Positions 30,103 to 40,341 of a stretch of DNA of 64,000 nt are shown piece by piece; position 1 is the first letter of the stretch, and each line of letters begins with the position of its first letter. The position numbers and the translations under genes were made by a program. This DNA comes from a virus (lineage: Duplodnaviria; Caudoviricetes), in IMG/VR virus record IMGVR_UViG_2811995017_000005, positions 3,317 through 67,316 of that record; one strand, given 5' to 3'. The notes beneath the pieces were generated by a model that was not told the DNA's origin, ran no database searches, and saw only the letters and a program-made list of their open reading frames with translations.

Positions 30103-31142
30103 CGGCACTCCCTCATTGCGTTAAGAAGCGCGGCAACCTCTTCGGCAGTGAACAGGCGCATATCTGAATCGGATTCGAGGTGCGCCACCTTTCCGTCCGT
30201 TTCCTTTGCGGCATATTTCAGCGCCTCCAATTCTTCGCCGTGCCTCCGGTTGTCCTTGTGCAGCGTGTCGATTTCGTCTTGTAGACGTCTAGTTTCTTCG
30301 TATAGAAAATCGGATGTATCCTCGTTTGTAGCATAATCGTGTACGATTCTATCCTCTAGCTTAGCGATATCATGACGAATGTCCGAAACGGCATTCCGCA
30401 ATTCTGCGATCCTTCCCGGCCCTATTTCGTACCAGCCGAGCTCTTCCTTGATTCGTTTATTCTCGCGTTCCAACTCCGCAACACGCGTCGCCAGGTTAGC
30501 GATAACGTCGATCGGGTCGGATGGTTGCGGTTCTTCTTCGGAAGATTCGACCGGGACGAGGACGCGGTATTCTTCGTACTCTGCGTCTAAAAAATTCTCA
30601 CCTAGAACGCCATTAACCAAAAAGAAGGACCCGTTGTCATGAAAGTCGTCAACTTCTTTTACGGAGTCGACAAATCCTTTCGGAAAATCATCGCTCTCAG
30701 TTACGATAACCTTCTCGCCTATTTCCGGCTTACGATCGACCATTTCGTAGCGCTCCGGACCGTCAGGGCCGTCAATGTGGGCGATATTGGTCGGTTCGAG
30801 AACGCGGTATTCTCCGAGGTAGATAAGTCCGCCACAGTTCATACCGGATGTGGCTTCGCCGCATTCCACGAAACCCGATCCAGGAGGAGCTTCGCGGTCT
30901 ACCGTAAAAATATCTCCGTTCTCGTAAATATCGCCCGGATACCTTTTGTCTACGATCACAATCTTATCGCCGACCTCCGCCTTCCTATCGACCTCTACAT
31001 ATTCCCGTTTGATTCCGCCAAGTGATTCGTCAGCCAATACGTGGATTTTTTCGTTAGTTTTAGTCATTTTACCGAGCTCCCTTCGTATTAATCGTTCAAA
31101 TTCCGGCTTAACCCGATCCATCGCGCTTTTAAGGAAGTCCAA
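30099..31142 (-). CDS. Repeat-module plus coiled-coil phage protein
   Basis: Two DRKxxxGxKxxx modules; possible internal start at MTKTNE. Confidence 0.65.
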   Translation of the reverse strand: MDFLKSAMDRVKPEFERLIRRELGKMTKTNEKIHVLADESLGGIKREYVEVDRKAEVGDKIVIVDKRYPGDIYENGDIFTVDREAPPGSGFVECGEATSGMNCGGLIYLGEYRVLEPTNIAHIDGPDGPERYEMVDRKPEIGEKVIVTESDDFPKGFVDSVKEVDDFHDNGSFFLVNGVLGENFLDAEYEEYRVLVPVESSEEEPQPSDPIDVIANLATRVAELERENKRIKEELGWYEIGPGRIAELRNAVSDIRHDIAKLEDRIVHDYATNEDTSDFLYEETRRLQDEIDTLHKDNRRHGEELEALKYAAKETDGKVAHLESDSDMRLFTAEEVAALLNAMRECR

Positions 31143-31158
31143 ACGAACCGCCTCCTCG

Positions 31159-31716
31159 TTATTTAATAACCCGCAATTCTACCGACTGCCGGCCGAACTG
31201 TACTGCGTCTGCTTCATTCGCGACCAACAGATCGAGCCGTGCGCCTTTAATCATGCCGCCTGTGTCGATCGCCTTCGCCCGGAAATTCGAACCGTCAGCG
31301 AGTCGGACTTCAACCGTAGAGCCAAGCGCAATCACAGACGGATCGACCGCTATGACGCGTGCTCCCTCGTAGTAGATCGAATGGCTGACGTCGACTCCCG
31401 TTTTGGTGATGCCGGTGCAGCCTTCCGAACAGAATGCGGTATAAGCCGAGGCCTCGAACGTTTTCCATCCCGATTCAACTTTTGTACTCTTTACGGACAT
31501 CTGCTTCGACTTCTTCAGCGCCCTAATTTCGTCCTCAAGCGCCTGTATCTGCGCGTCCTTTTTCGTTATCTCTTTCGTTAATTCTTCGTTACGCGATTCT
31601 GCCGATTGAAGTGCGGCCTGATCTGGCGTTATCCTTGGCGGTTCTGGCGGCTGATCTGCCGGACAATGGCCGGAGAATAGCTGCGCTGTTAGCGTAAAAT
31701 TCGTTAGGATACCGAT
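31159..31716 (-). CDS. 3D-domain (MltA-like) cell-wall protein, probable ATC start
   Basis: ASAYT...IAVDPSVIALGS...AIDTGGMIKGARLDL; SD GAGGAGG-7nt-ATC. Confidence 0.85.
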   Translation of the reverse strand: MGILTNFTLTAQLFSGHCPADQPPEPPRITPDQAALQSAESRNEELTKEITKKDAQIQALEDEIRALKKSKQMSVKSTKVESGWKTFEASAYTAFCSEGCTGITKTGVDVSHSIYYEGARVIAVDPSVIALGSTVEVRLADGSNFRAKAIDTGGMIKGARLDLLVANEADAVQFGRQSVELRVIK

Positions 31717-31718
31717 GC

Positions 31719-32546
31719 TTACACCTCCTCGAAGAATTGCGCGGTCCACGGCTCTACATTAACAACTTCCCGGCGCAGGGCTTCCGCTAGATCAGCGATC
31801 TCCTTTTGCGCACCTTTGCCCGGCTTACGTTTCGAATAGAATTCGAGTAACGACCGTAGATTCGTAGTCATTACGAGATTCGTTGCGGCTGCTTGCGGGA
31901 GGACGGCGCGAGCATCTTCTGGTGGAACTCCTGCTTCCCGGAGCTTGTCGTATGTTTGTTGAGCGATCGCCATAGCTTCCGCAAATATTTCCGGTGAAGG
32001 GCGACCTTCCATCGGTGCTCCGTATACAAAATCGTACATGTCTGCAGTTTTATCTTCGGTTACTGTCGTAGGGACCACGTAATCGAACCCACCGATCTTA
32101 TCATCGCTTCCCATCCGTACATAGCGCTGTGACTGGACGCTGAAGCTAAAACCGACGCGATGCCGTGTAAGTTGCGCCAATAACGCCCGGCTGACGCCTT
32201 CAATCGCAAAGGTGAACGAAAGGTGTTCGAGTGTCGACGTGTGGCCGGAACGTACGATCATTCGGAATAGGCGGTCGGCATCCGTGCCTGCGCCACCATC
32301 TGACGCTTTGGAGCCGAAATACTTGGCGCCTTCCTTTGCGACGATTTCAGACGGCTTGTTGGCGCTGTAGCACGTTCTGATTGCGGTTAGGGCGACCGCT
32401 TGGCCGTCGGTTTGGTGCAGATCGTCCAAGGTGTTCGTATAATATTCGCCAGATTCATCGTATTTTCTGTAATCGAGGGTCTGTTTGAATTCGTCGCTTA
32501 ATTGCGTATGTGCGATTAGCTGTACGTTCATTTTGGTTTCCGCCAT
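31719..32546 (-). CDS. thyX: FAD-dependent thymidylate synthase
   Basis: GHTSTLEH, QLTRHR...SVQSQRY, EDARAVLP. Confidence 0.95.
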   Translation of the reverse strand: MAETKMNVQLIAHTQLSDEFKQTLDYRKYDESGEYYTNTLDDLHQTDGQAVALTAIRTCYSANKPSEIVAKEGAKYFGSKASDGGAGTDADRLFRMIVRSGHTSTLEHLSFTFAIEGVSRALLAQLTRHRVGFSFSVQSQRYVRMGSDDKIGGFDYVVPTTVTEDKTADMYDFVYGAPMEGRPSPEIFAEAMAIAQQTYDKLREAGVPPEDARAVLPQAAATNLVMTTNLRSLLEFYSKRKPGKGAQKEIADLAEALRREVVNVEPWTAQFFEEV

Positions 32547-32774
32547 TTATTCGTCCTCCTTCGCTAGACTTTCGAAAACTCTTCGGTATTGGTCGTTAAT
32601 AGATTGCGTAACTATTTCTCTCGCTTTCTCTTTCGTTGTGATCCGAAAAGTGCAATCGTCTTCTCCGTACATTTCGGAAGTGACAACATAATCGCGAAAC
32701 AGTTCGTTCATATATTCGAGATCGCCCGCGCCGTAAAACTTTCCGTTAATGAAACATGCGTATGTTTGTGGCAT
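32547..32774 (-). CDS. Hypothetical protein
   Basis: Coupled ORF within operon. Confidence 0.6.
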   Translation of the reverse strand: MPQTYACFINGKFYGAGDLEYMNELFRDYVVTSEMYGEDDCTFRITTKEKAREIVTQSINDQYRRVFESLAKEDE

Positions 32775-33355
32775 TATATCAGCTCCTTCCCCATCGGTTC
32801 TCCGAAATATTCCGGATGTGGACTACCGACCCCGCTACTCCCGAATCCGCCCGCACCCCGATTGCTATCGCCCAACTCGGCCACTTCCGTAAATGCCGCC
32901 TGCTCGACCGGTTTAATTACGGCCTGGGCGATGCGATCTCCTTTGCGGATGATGTACGTTCCCGCACCGACAATTTCGTAAGGTATGTCGACCAATGTTC
33001 CGCTCACACTTTCCGCATACCCTCGGCAAACATTTATGAGTGTGCCGGCCTCGTTAGTATCGTAAATCCATTGCGCAATATTATCGACAATCACTCCGAC
33101 CTCGCCCCGATAGCCCGCGTCAACTGTACCGAGCTGAACGCGAAGCTTCGTCTTCAGCGTAATGCCGGAGCGTGGCCGGATCTGCATTTCGTAGCCTTCC
33201 GGAATCTCGAACGCTAGCCCCGTTTTGACTAGCGCGGTTTCTCCCGGCTCGATGATGACGTCTTCTGCCGCAACCAGGTCGAAGCAGGCGTCTGAGGCGT
33301 GAGCATATTGCGGAATTTGTGCATCGGGTGACAGGCGTTTAATGTTTACGTTCAT
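32774..33355 (-). CDS. dut: dUTPase (trimeric) with insertion
   Basis: RPRSG, GTVDAGYRGE, RIAQ, RGAGGFGSSG. Confidence 0.95.
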   Translation of the reverse strand: MNVNIKRLSPDAQIPQYAHASDACFDLVAAEDVIIEPGETALVKTGLAFEIPEGYEMQIRPRSGITLKTKLRVQLGTVDAGYRGEVGVIVDNIAQWIYDTNEAGTLINVCRGYAESVSGTLVDIPYEIVGAGTYIIRKGDRIAQAVIKPVEQAAFTEVAELGDSNRGAGGFGSSGVGSPHPEYFGEPMGKELI

Positions 33356-33405
33356 ACGAAAACCTCCTTGTTAATAACTGCGTATCTACTTTCGTTATTG
33401 GACGC

Positions 33406-34374
33406 TTACTCGAAGTAGAAATCGTCATCCTGGAGCGCTTCGACCGTCGCTTTTTTGTAAGAATTTCCCTTTTGACTGAAGAAGTCGTGGGACTTTGTTT
33501 TTGTACTTAATCCGTTCATTACAATCGGGTTCGGTGTTTCATCGACAAAGTACGAATCGAATCCGAGGTTCATCAACGCCTTGTTTCCGTTGTATCGCAC
33601 GAACTTTTTGACGTCGTGAGTCAGTCCGACCTGATCGTAAAGGTCTTCTGTGTAGGCGATCTCGTTTTCGTAGAGTTCCGCAAGCAATTCGATAGCAAAG
33701 TCGCGCAGTTCGATCTGGACGTCTGGTGACTGACGGTTGTAAATTTCTTGCGCGAGTAAGCCGACGTATACGCCGTGGATCGCCTCGTCTCGAATAATTA
33801 ACGAGATAATCTCGCCTGAGTTCGTCAATTTTCCCAGACCGGCAAAATATAACGGATAGTAAAAGCCACTATAGAAAAGGAAGCTTTCGAGATAAACCGA
33901 AGCGACCATCGCCTTGTATAACGAAATGTCATCGCCCGGCTTAATGGCGTTATATAGGCCGCCAATGATTTCGGCCTTCCGCTGTAGGTATCGATTCGTC
34001 TTCACCCATTCGAACAGTCCCGTTATCTTCTCCGTTGGTGCGAGCGTCATGAAGATGTTCGAATAGGATTTCGCATGGACTGCGTTTTCCATCATCGCCA
34101 TAAAATTTAGGACGGCTTTCCGTTGGTGGCCGGATACCTGGGCGGCAATTAGCGGCATACCTTCATTCCCTTGCTCCGTGTCGAGCAGCGCCAGCCCCGC
34201 GAGCACTTTCATATACGTATCCTGTTCGTTGGCTCCGAGATACTTCCACGTGAGAAGGTCGCCGTTTAGCGAAATCTCTTCCGGCAACCAAAACTGCTTA
34301 ACGTTCTGTTCGTAAAACATCTGCGTGAATCCGTCGTCGTGTTGCGACCAGTTGGCCGCTGTATATTGCGTCAA
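33406..34374 (-). CDS. nrdF: Class Ib ribonucleotide reductase beta subunit
   Basis: [27 protein letters not shown]. Confidence 0.97.
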   Translation of the reverse strand: MTQYTAANWSQHDDGFTQMFYEQNVKQFWLPEEISLNGDLLTWKYLGANEQDTYMKVLAGLALLDTEQGNEGMPLIAAQVSGHQRKAVLNFMAMMENAVHAKSYSNIFMTLAPTEKITGLFEWVKTNRYLQRKAEIIGGLYNAIKPGDDISLYKAMVASVYLESFLFYSGFYYPLYFAGLGKLTNSGEIISLIIRDEAIHGVYVGLLAQEIYNRQSPDVQIELRDFAIELLAELYENEIAYTEDLYDQVGLTHDVKKFVRYNGNKALMNLGFDSYFVDETPNPIVMNGLSTKTKSHDFFSQKGNSYKKATVEALQDDDFYFE

Positions 34375-34394
34375 TTATTCGTCCTCCTTTTCGT

Positions 34395-36512
34395 TTAAAC
34401 TACGCATGATAAACAACCCTCCGCAGTCGTATCTTTAGTCCGCGCATAATACAGCGTCTTGATCCCTTTGTGATGCGCGTATAGGTCAATTCGGTTCAGA
34501 TCGCGTGTCGTCATCGTATCCTTCAGGAACAACGTAAATGAGATTCCTTGATCGATGTGTTGCTGGATCGTTGCGATCATATCGACGACTTTGAACATAT
34601 CCATGTCGTACGCTTCCTTATAGAAGAACCAATTCTTCGCGCTAAGCCCCGGCATCGGATAATACGTCTTGGAATTTCCGTACGTACGCTCCTCAATGCG
34701 CTCCATAATCGGCATGACCGACGCAGTAGCCGACTGCACATACGAAATAGATCCCGTTGGTGCAATCGCGAGTCTGTACGAATGGTAGAGTCCGTGTTTG
34801 ATGACATCACACATAAGATTAAACCAATCGACGACTGTTGGTATGTGTACGCCTTCGAATAGTGCCGCCACTTTATCCGTTTTCGGAGCGCAGTCGACGA
34901 ACCGATCCGATTCTTCGATGACGTATTTAACGAAATACTCACCGCTCGCATACGTTGAACCTTCGAATCCCTCGAACGTGCTACCGGTTTCCTTCGCAAG
35001 CTCCATCGAACGCACAAGCGACCAATAATTAACGAGCGCAAAGAATACGTTAGCGAAATCACGCGCCTCTTCCGACTCATAAGCGATCCCATTCTGCGCA
35101 AGATATCCGTGTAGATTCATCGCGCCAAGTCCGATCGAACGCATCTGACGGTTAGCCTTAGCGACTGCCGGCGCGTTCTTGATATTCGTTGATTCTGATA
35201 CGACCGTAAGCGAATCGACTGCGAGCTTAACCGTTTGCTCGATCGACTTGTTCGCCATGACGTTCGCAATGTTCAGCGATCCGAGATTACACGAAATGTC
35301 GAGGCCGATTGCGTCCTCTTCGCCGTAGTCGGTGTATTCCGATACTTGCGACGCCTGACAAATTTCTGAACAGAGGTTGGAAAATTTAACCTTCGAAATG
35401 TGATTAAGCGCATGTTCTTGGTTCACATTATCTTGAAACATTAGATACGGATAGCCTGATTCGGAACGCAGCACGGCCATCTTTTCGAGTAACTGACGTG
35501 GGTTAATGCGTTCCTTGCGCACCGCCGGATTATCTACGAGTTCATCGTACATTGCGCCAATATCCATGTCGTCAAGATGCGTGCCATATGCCTTATAAAC
35601 CGTGTGTGGGTAGAAAACGTAAGCTGGACGATCTTCTCGCGCTAGTTCGATGAATTTATCCGGAATGACTACGCCGATCGATAATGTTTTGACCCGGACG
35701 TCTTCATCTGCCGAGATTTTCTTTGTATCTAGGAAATCGTTAATGTCCGCGTGGAATACGTTTAGATACGCAGCTCCCGCCCCAGAACGCGCGCCTTGCT
35801 GATCTGCATAGCGGAAGGCATTATCGAGGAGTTTCATGACTCCGACGACGCCCTTCGTTACGTTCTCGATTCCTTTGATCGATTCACCTTTCGCGCGCAA
35901 CTTCGATAAATTCAAACTTACGCCTCCGCCAAGCTTCGATAGTTGCATTGCTGTTCCGATCGCCATTTGAATATCGTTCAGAGAGTCGCCCACTTCGAGA
36001 AGGAAACACGATACGAGTTCGCCGCGTCGCTTCCGCCCGGCATTCAAGAACGTCGGTGTGGCCGGTTGATATTCCTGCCGGATCATCATTTCCGCAAACT
36101 CGATCGCCTTGGCTGCGTCTCCTTTCGCGAAGAACAACGCACAGATGGCGATGCGGTCTTCGTACCGTTCGAGGATCTTCTTCTTATCGTTCGTCTTCAG
36201 CGCGTAATCGTTATAAAACTTGAACGCACTCATGAACGAAGGGAAACGGAACTTTTTCGCGTAAGCCGCCTTGTAGACCGCTTTGATTTCGTCGAACGTA
36301 TACGGCTCGAAGACTTCGCGTTCGTAATAGTCGTTCTCGATCAGATAGTCGAGCTTTTCGCGCAGATCGTGGAAAAAGACCGTATTCTGATTCACGTAAT
36401 CTATGAAATAACTGCGGACGGCTTCGGCATCCTTTTCGAATTGAAAGCCGCCGTTCTTCCGTATCATAATTTCGTTATTAAGTTCGATATACTTCGCGTG
36501 TTTATTCGTCAA
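34395..36512 (-). CDS. nrdE: Class Ib ribonucleotide reductase alpha subunit
   Basis: PATPTFLNAG, VSCF, SNLCSEI, APTGSIS, KTLYY, C-term CLSC. Confidence 0.97.
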   Translation of the reverse strand: MTNKHAKYIELNNEIMIRKNGGFQFEKDAEAVRSYFIDYVNQNTVFFHDLREKLDYLIENDYYEREVFEPYTFDEIKAVYKAAYAKKFRFPSFMSAFKFYNDYALKTNDKKKILERYEDRIAICALFFAKGDAAKAIEFAEMMIRQEYQPATPTFLNAGRKRRGELVSCFLLEVGDSLNDIQMAIGTAMQLSKLGGGVSLNLSKLRAKGESIKGIENVTKGVVGVMKLLDNAFRYADQQGARSGAGAAYLNVFHADINDFLDTKKISADEDVRVKTLSIGVVIPDKFIELAREDRPAYVFYPHTVYKAYGTHLDDMDIGAMYDELVDNPAVRKERINPRQLLEKMAVLRSESGYPYLMFQDNVNQEHALNHISKVKFSNLCSEICQASQVSEYTDYGEEDAIGLDISCNLGSLNIANVMANKSIEQTVKLAVDSLTVVSESTNIKNAPAVAKANRQMRSIGLGAMNLHGYLAQNGIAYESEEARDFANVFFALVNYWSLVRSMELAKETGSTFEGFEGSTYASGEYFVKYVIEESDRFVDCAPKTDKVAALFEGVHIPTVVDWFNLMCDVIKHGLYHSYRLAIAPTGSISYVQSATASVMPIMERIEERTYGNSKTYYPMPGLSAKNWFFYKEAYDMDMFKVVDMIATIQQHIDQGISFTLFLKDTMTTRDLNRIDLYAHHKGIKTLYYARTKDTTAEGCLSCVV

Positions 36513-36858
36513 TAGCGCTCACCCTTTCCGTAAATATCCGTATATCTTCCGCCGTGCCCGCCAGCTCGAACTTGTGAACGATCGGCACTCCGTACTCTTC
36601 CGCGATCAGATCGGCCGCTTTAGCGAAATTACGCCCCCAGTTGCGATTGCCTGACGCAGCCACGCCCGCCATTAAATCGCCATTGTCCGCGAGAAAATCC
36701 CAAACGGTGCCGGCGACCTGGCCGAATCCGTAAGTTCCCGTTACCAATACGAACGGCTCCGTCAAAAGCATATCCGCCTTGATTTCGGCCGCAGGCAGGC
36801 CGGTCTTGGCTACGAATCGGCGGACGTTTCCGGCCAGCGAATAGTAGGCGATTAGCAT
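36502..36858 (-). CDS. nrdI: RNR flavodoxin
   Basis: SLAGNV, GTYGFG, SGNRNWG, KFELAG. Confidence 0.95.
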   Translation of the reverse strand: MLIAYYSLAGNVRRFVAKTGLPAAEIKADMLLTEPFVLVTGTYGFGQVAGTVWDFLADNGDLMAGVAASGNRNWGRNFAKAADLIAEEYGVPIVHKFELAGTAEDIRIFTERVSAIDE

Positions 36859-37194
36859 AAAGACGCCACCAATACTCCGATAGGAATCGCGTACATAATC
36901 AGGACGGCTATCTTCGCGAGTTTAGATCTCGTTGTTTTCGCTTCGACCGTCACCGTAATCCACGCAAAGAAAAGCAGGCACGCTATCGCAACGTATGTCA
37001 TTCGATCGACTCCTTCCGTTTTAATTCCGCCTCAATCTCGTCTTTTCGCGCCAGAATCCGGTCACGCTCGTTTTTCAATTCGCTCAGCTTCGTGTCGTGC
37101 CGGCTGATTGCGTAATCAACATCGATAAGTTGTTCGTCAAGCCATCGCAAAGACTGCCGTAACTGTGCGGCCGGGACGCCGTAGCATTTGTAGG

Positions 37195-37452
37195 TCATTG
37201 CGCTTCCTCCTCTGCGTCCTTTTGAACGCGTTTATGTTCTCGATAGACATCGCGTAGTCGGACGGCACTCCCGACGATTATCCACGTTAATGCGAAAACT
37301 ACTACGATGCTTACTCCGACTTGAATAATTACGCCTATAACCGGAATCGCAAGCAGTACCTTAACGACAAAATAACCGGTAAAGCCGCCTGCGAAACTTA
37401 GCCCGAATAGCGCAACGATCGTTAGGGCTTCGATAAGTCGCTGCTTAAACAT
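37195..37452 (-). CDS. Two-TM membrane protein
   Basis: Hydrophobic ORF within operon. Confidence 0.6.
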   Translation of the reverse strand: MFKQRLIEALTIVALFGLSFAGGFTGYFVVKVLLAIPVIGVIIQVGVSIVVVFALTWIIVGSAVRLRDVYREHKRVQKDAEEEAQ

Positions 37453-37456
37453 CTGA

Positions 37457-37822
37457 TCACTTACCTCCGATCGTGTCGAGGATTTCCTTAATCGCGTAGT
37501 ATTCCGGGTTGATTATCTGATTTATTTCGATAGGTATGACGAAGAAGCTTACAATAACAGTTATTCCTAAGACTACTCCGAAAAATATTGCAACTAGCGT
37601 ATATGGGCTTGTGTCGAAAGAATCTAGCACTTTATTGTGCTCTATTCCTTTTTTCAATAGCTTAGTAAAAACGATCCCAAGGAAAATAATCGCTGCAATC
37701 ATACCGAAAATCCCGATAACTCCGCTTACCATCTGCTGCTTAACAAGCACCCCGTATACATGCTCAGCCGCGACTCCGAGCTTTGCCGCCAGCTTGTCGA
37801 TATACTCCATCGCTTTATCCAT
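37457..37822 (-). CDS. Membrane protein
   Basis: MDKAMEYIDKLAAKLGVAAEHVYGVLVKQ...INPEYYAIKEIL. Confidence 0.7.
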   Translation of the reverse strand: MDKAMEYIDKLAAKLGVAAEHVYGVLVKQQMVSGVIGIFGMIAAIIFLGIVFTKLLKKGIEHNKVLDSFDTSPYTLVAIFFGVVLGITVIVSFFVIPIEINQIINPEYYAIKEILDTIGGK

Positions 37823-37827
37823 TCGAA

Positions 37828-38386
37828 TCACTCCTTCGGTTTATCTATTACGCCAACATGAATCAGCCACGCAAGTCCGATCGCAGCCGAATCACTCTCG
37901 TCGAAATTAGCAAACTCGCCGGTATATTCCGGTCATGCGCCGAACCGCCGCCTCAACTTCGTCCTTTTCTGCGTTGCCTGATCCGGCAACCAACGACTTA
38001 ACACGCGTTGCTGATATTCCTAGTTGCGGTTTCTTTGCAGTCGGAGTCTTCCAATACTTATCGAACGATAACCCGAATCGTGACGCTGCTCTCTCACACG
38101 CATTCCACGCCGCCAGAACCGGATAGTTCGAGGTCGACGTTTTGCCCGCGAAGTCCTCCCGCACCACATAGTCGAATCCGTCACGCGGACAGTTTTTATC
38201 GAGAAACATCATCGCCCACCCTTCGATAACTTCGGCTCGATGCGCATGGGACCGGCTAGGGTTTGGCTTGACGTGCGACAGCGCTTTTATCGTAGGCTTT
38301 CGATTACGTACCTCGATGATTGCGACGCCAGGGCAGGTCATAGACGTGTCGAACGCGAGGATCCGGATAGGCTTGGCGCTACTCAT
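37828..38386 (-). pseudogene. RuvC-like Holliday junction resolvase, frameshifted near C-terminus
   Basis: ILAFDTS N-term; the DESDSAAIG acidic motif lies in another frame after an extra A at 37927-37928. Confidence 0.75.
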
Positions 38387-38586
38387 GCGCACCACCGACT
38401 GAACTCGATATCCTTCGTCTTTAGCGCCTCCGCCGCCAGTTTTTCCGGGTTATCTGCGCCAGTTGCGATTGCCTGTAGCACATCGGCATGGAGAGCGTCC
38501 TCCATATTGTGCGCAACCTCATCATCTCCCCCTTCGGCCCATGCACGAATAATTTCAACTGCACCCTTTACGTCATCAACCGTCAC

Positions 38587-39636
38587 TCATTCCGCCTCCC
38601 TTTCGCGAACTCTTTCGATAAATTCGAGCGCCTCAACGTACTGCCGTTTCGTAGATTCGTAGACGTTCGATCTCAATACTCGCGACACTTTTGCGCGAAG
38701 CTCCGCCAGTTCTTCGTCCGTCAACGACTTCGCAATAGCCGTCTTGTATCCGTTAAACGTCCAGCCGTTCATATCCAACGGTAACGGCTTTCCTTCCTCA
38801 ACAGATTTGCGGATCTCTACGAATCTATCGAATAGCTGCTCGACGTCTTCCTCCGTAATTTCGATGCCGAACGCCCGCATATCCGGCGACTTTTCGAATT
38901 CCCCTTCCGGATATACCCATGATTTCTTAGACGCGTTTACGTAGAGGATGACGTATAGGTCGACGCCGTACATCGGACCGTAAGCGACGCATTGCTTGAC
39001 GTGCTTTTCTTCCGGCTGTCGCATCGAATGGAGTGACGTTTTGGCTGCCGTTGTTTGCTTCGACTTAATTTCGAGGCCGACGCGCAGCACTTCGCCGTCT
39101 TCCGTTACATAGCGCATGATGCCGTCACATGTTCCGTAAAGGTTGAACGAGTATCCACGATGTGTGACCGGATGATTCTTTTTCGCGAAATCCTCGAACA
39201 TTGGCGTTCCGTCTTCGTTCTTTTCGAAGCTGAACGGACATGTCCGCCCGGTCTTCTTCTCGAAATGTTTTTCCATAAAGAGAATATCGCGCTGGATCAC
39301 ATCGCCAATCGCCGTACCGATGCGAGTCCATCGCCCTTGATACGGAGGCTTTTTCGTTTCGTCTCTCGGAGATCCGATCGCCTTGTGATAAAGCTCGCGA
39401 GGGCAAGCGTTAGCAGATGACGGCGAGAAATACGGCTTCTTCGAAAAGACTTTCGGAGCATTGGCGTACCATTTATGAATCTGCGCGTCCAGGGCGTTAT
39501 CCCACGTCTCCGGCAGCGAGTGCCATTCGTTCAGATATTCGACCAATTTGTCCGCAATCTGCTGCGCGTATGTGGTCGGTTCTTTTATATGTGCCCGCAG
39601 TGAATTTGCGGCCGATCTTCCGTTTGTGTTCGTCAA
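38587..39636 (-). CDS. PD-(D/E)XK (Cas4/RecB-like) exonuclease
   Basis: FSPSSANACPR, GTCDG, LEIKS, QCVAY. Confidence 0.75.
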   Translation of the reverse strand: MTNTNGRSAANSLRAHIKEPTTYAQQIADKLVEYLNEWHSLPETWDNALDAQIHKWYANAPKVFSKKPYFSPSSANACPRELYHKAIGSPRDETKKPPYQGRWTRIGTAIGDVIQRDILFMEKHFEKKTGRTCPFSFEKNEDGTPMFEDFAKKNHPVTHRGYSFNLYGTCDGIMRYVTEDGEVLRVGLEIKSKQTTAAKTSLHSMRQPEEKHVKQCVAYGPMYGVDLYVILYVNASKKSWVYPEGEFEKSPDMRAFGIEITEEDVEQLFDRFVEIRKSVEEGKPLPLDMNGWTFNGYKTAIAKSLTDEELAELRAKVSRVLRSNVYESTKRQYVEALEFIERVREREAE

Positions 39637-40341
39637 TTAATCACGTCCTTTCATTGCGCGATCAATAATTCCGCCTAATTTAAAGAACATTTCGTGGTCT
39701 TCCGGGAAAGCGCGCAGCAATCGCATTAGGTCTGTATTATCTAACGCCACCAGATGAACCGTTCTAACGACTGCGTTTTTAGGTTTGAATTTTAACGGAC
39801 GATCTACGGAATCTTGGACGATGTTTAGGAATCCGTTATATTCTTTAGAGACACGCGGAAGATATCGCTTGAATACTTCGATCGTTGCCTCTACGTCGTT
39901 TAGCGCCCGGTGGTGGCCGTTCAATTCGATATTGTTGCGCTTAACTACGTCCTTCAAGCTCGCTGATAACTCCGGCTCAACAAAGCGAACCATTGCGCGA
40001 GTGCAGTGAAAAAGTTCCGGTTCGATACCCCCTCGACTAATAAACGAAAGATCGAACGGAGCATTTTGCGCTACTACGACAGAGTCACCGATAAACTCTC
40101 GTAAGCTACTAAGCGCGTCGGTTTCGCTTGGAGCACCTTCGAGATCCTCCACAGTAATGCCGGTTAATTTCGTAATAAATTCCGGTAGCTCCCGGCCTTC
40201 CTCAAGCGCAACCATTGTGTGGAAGCGATCAATTTCGTCGCACCAATCATCAATTTTAATCGCGCCAATTTCGATAATCTGATCGTTTTGATAATCGAGT
40301 CCTGTCGTTTCCAAGTCGAGTACAACGTATGTCTTTCCCAT
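39637..40341 (-). CDS. DnaQ/epsilon-like 3'-5' exonuclease
   Basis: DLETTG, QNAPFD, HRALND. Confidence 0.92.
   Translation of the reverse strand: MGKTYVVLDLETTGLDYQNDQIIEIGAIKIDDWCDEIDRFHTMVALEEGRELPEFITKLTGITVEDLEGAPSETDALSSLREFIGDSVVVAQNAPFDLSFISRGGIEPELFHCTRAMVRFVEPELSASLKDVVKRNNIELNGHHRALNDVEATIEVFKRYLPRVSKEYNGFLNIVQDSVDRPLKFKPKNAVVRTVHLVALDNTDLMRLLRAFPEDHEMFFKLGGIIDRAMKGRD

Noticed and set aside
33406-36512. Introns/inteins in nrdE/nrdF as in SPbeta
   Set aside because: Both ORFs are uninterrupted and of normal length (705 and 322 aa)
38587-39636. Cas4-like nuclease as sign of CRISPR
   Set aside because: No repeat-spacer array or other cas genes seen; standard phage exonuclease context
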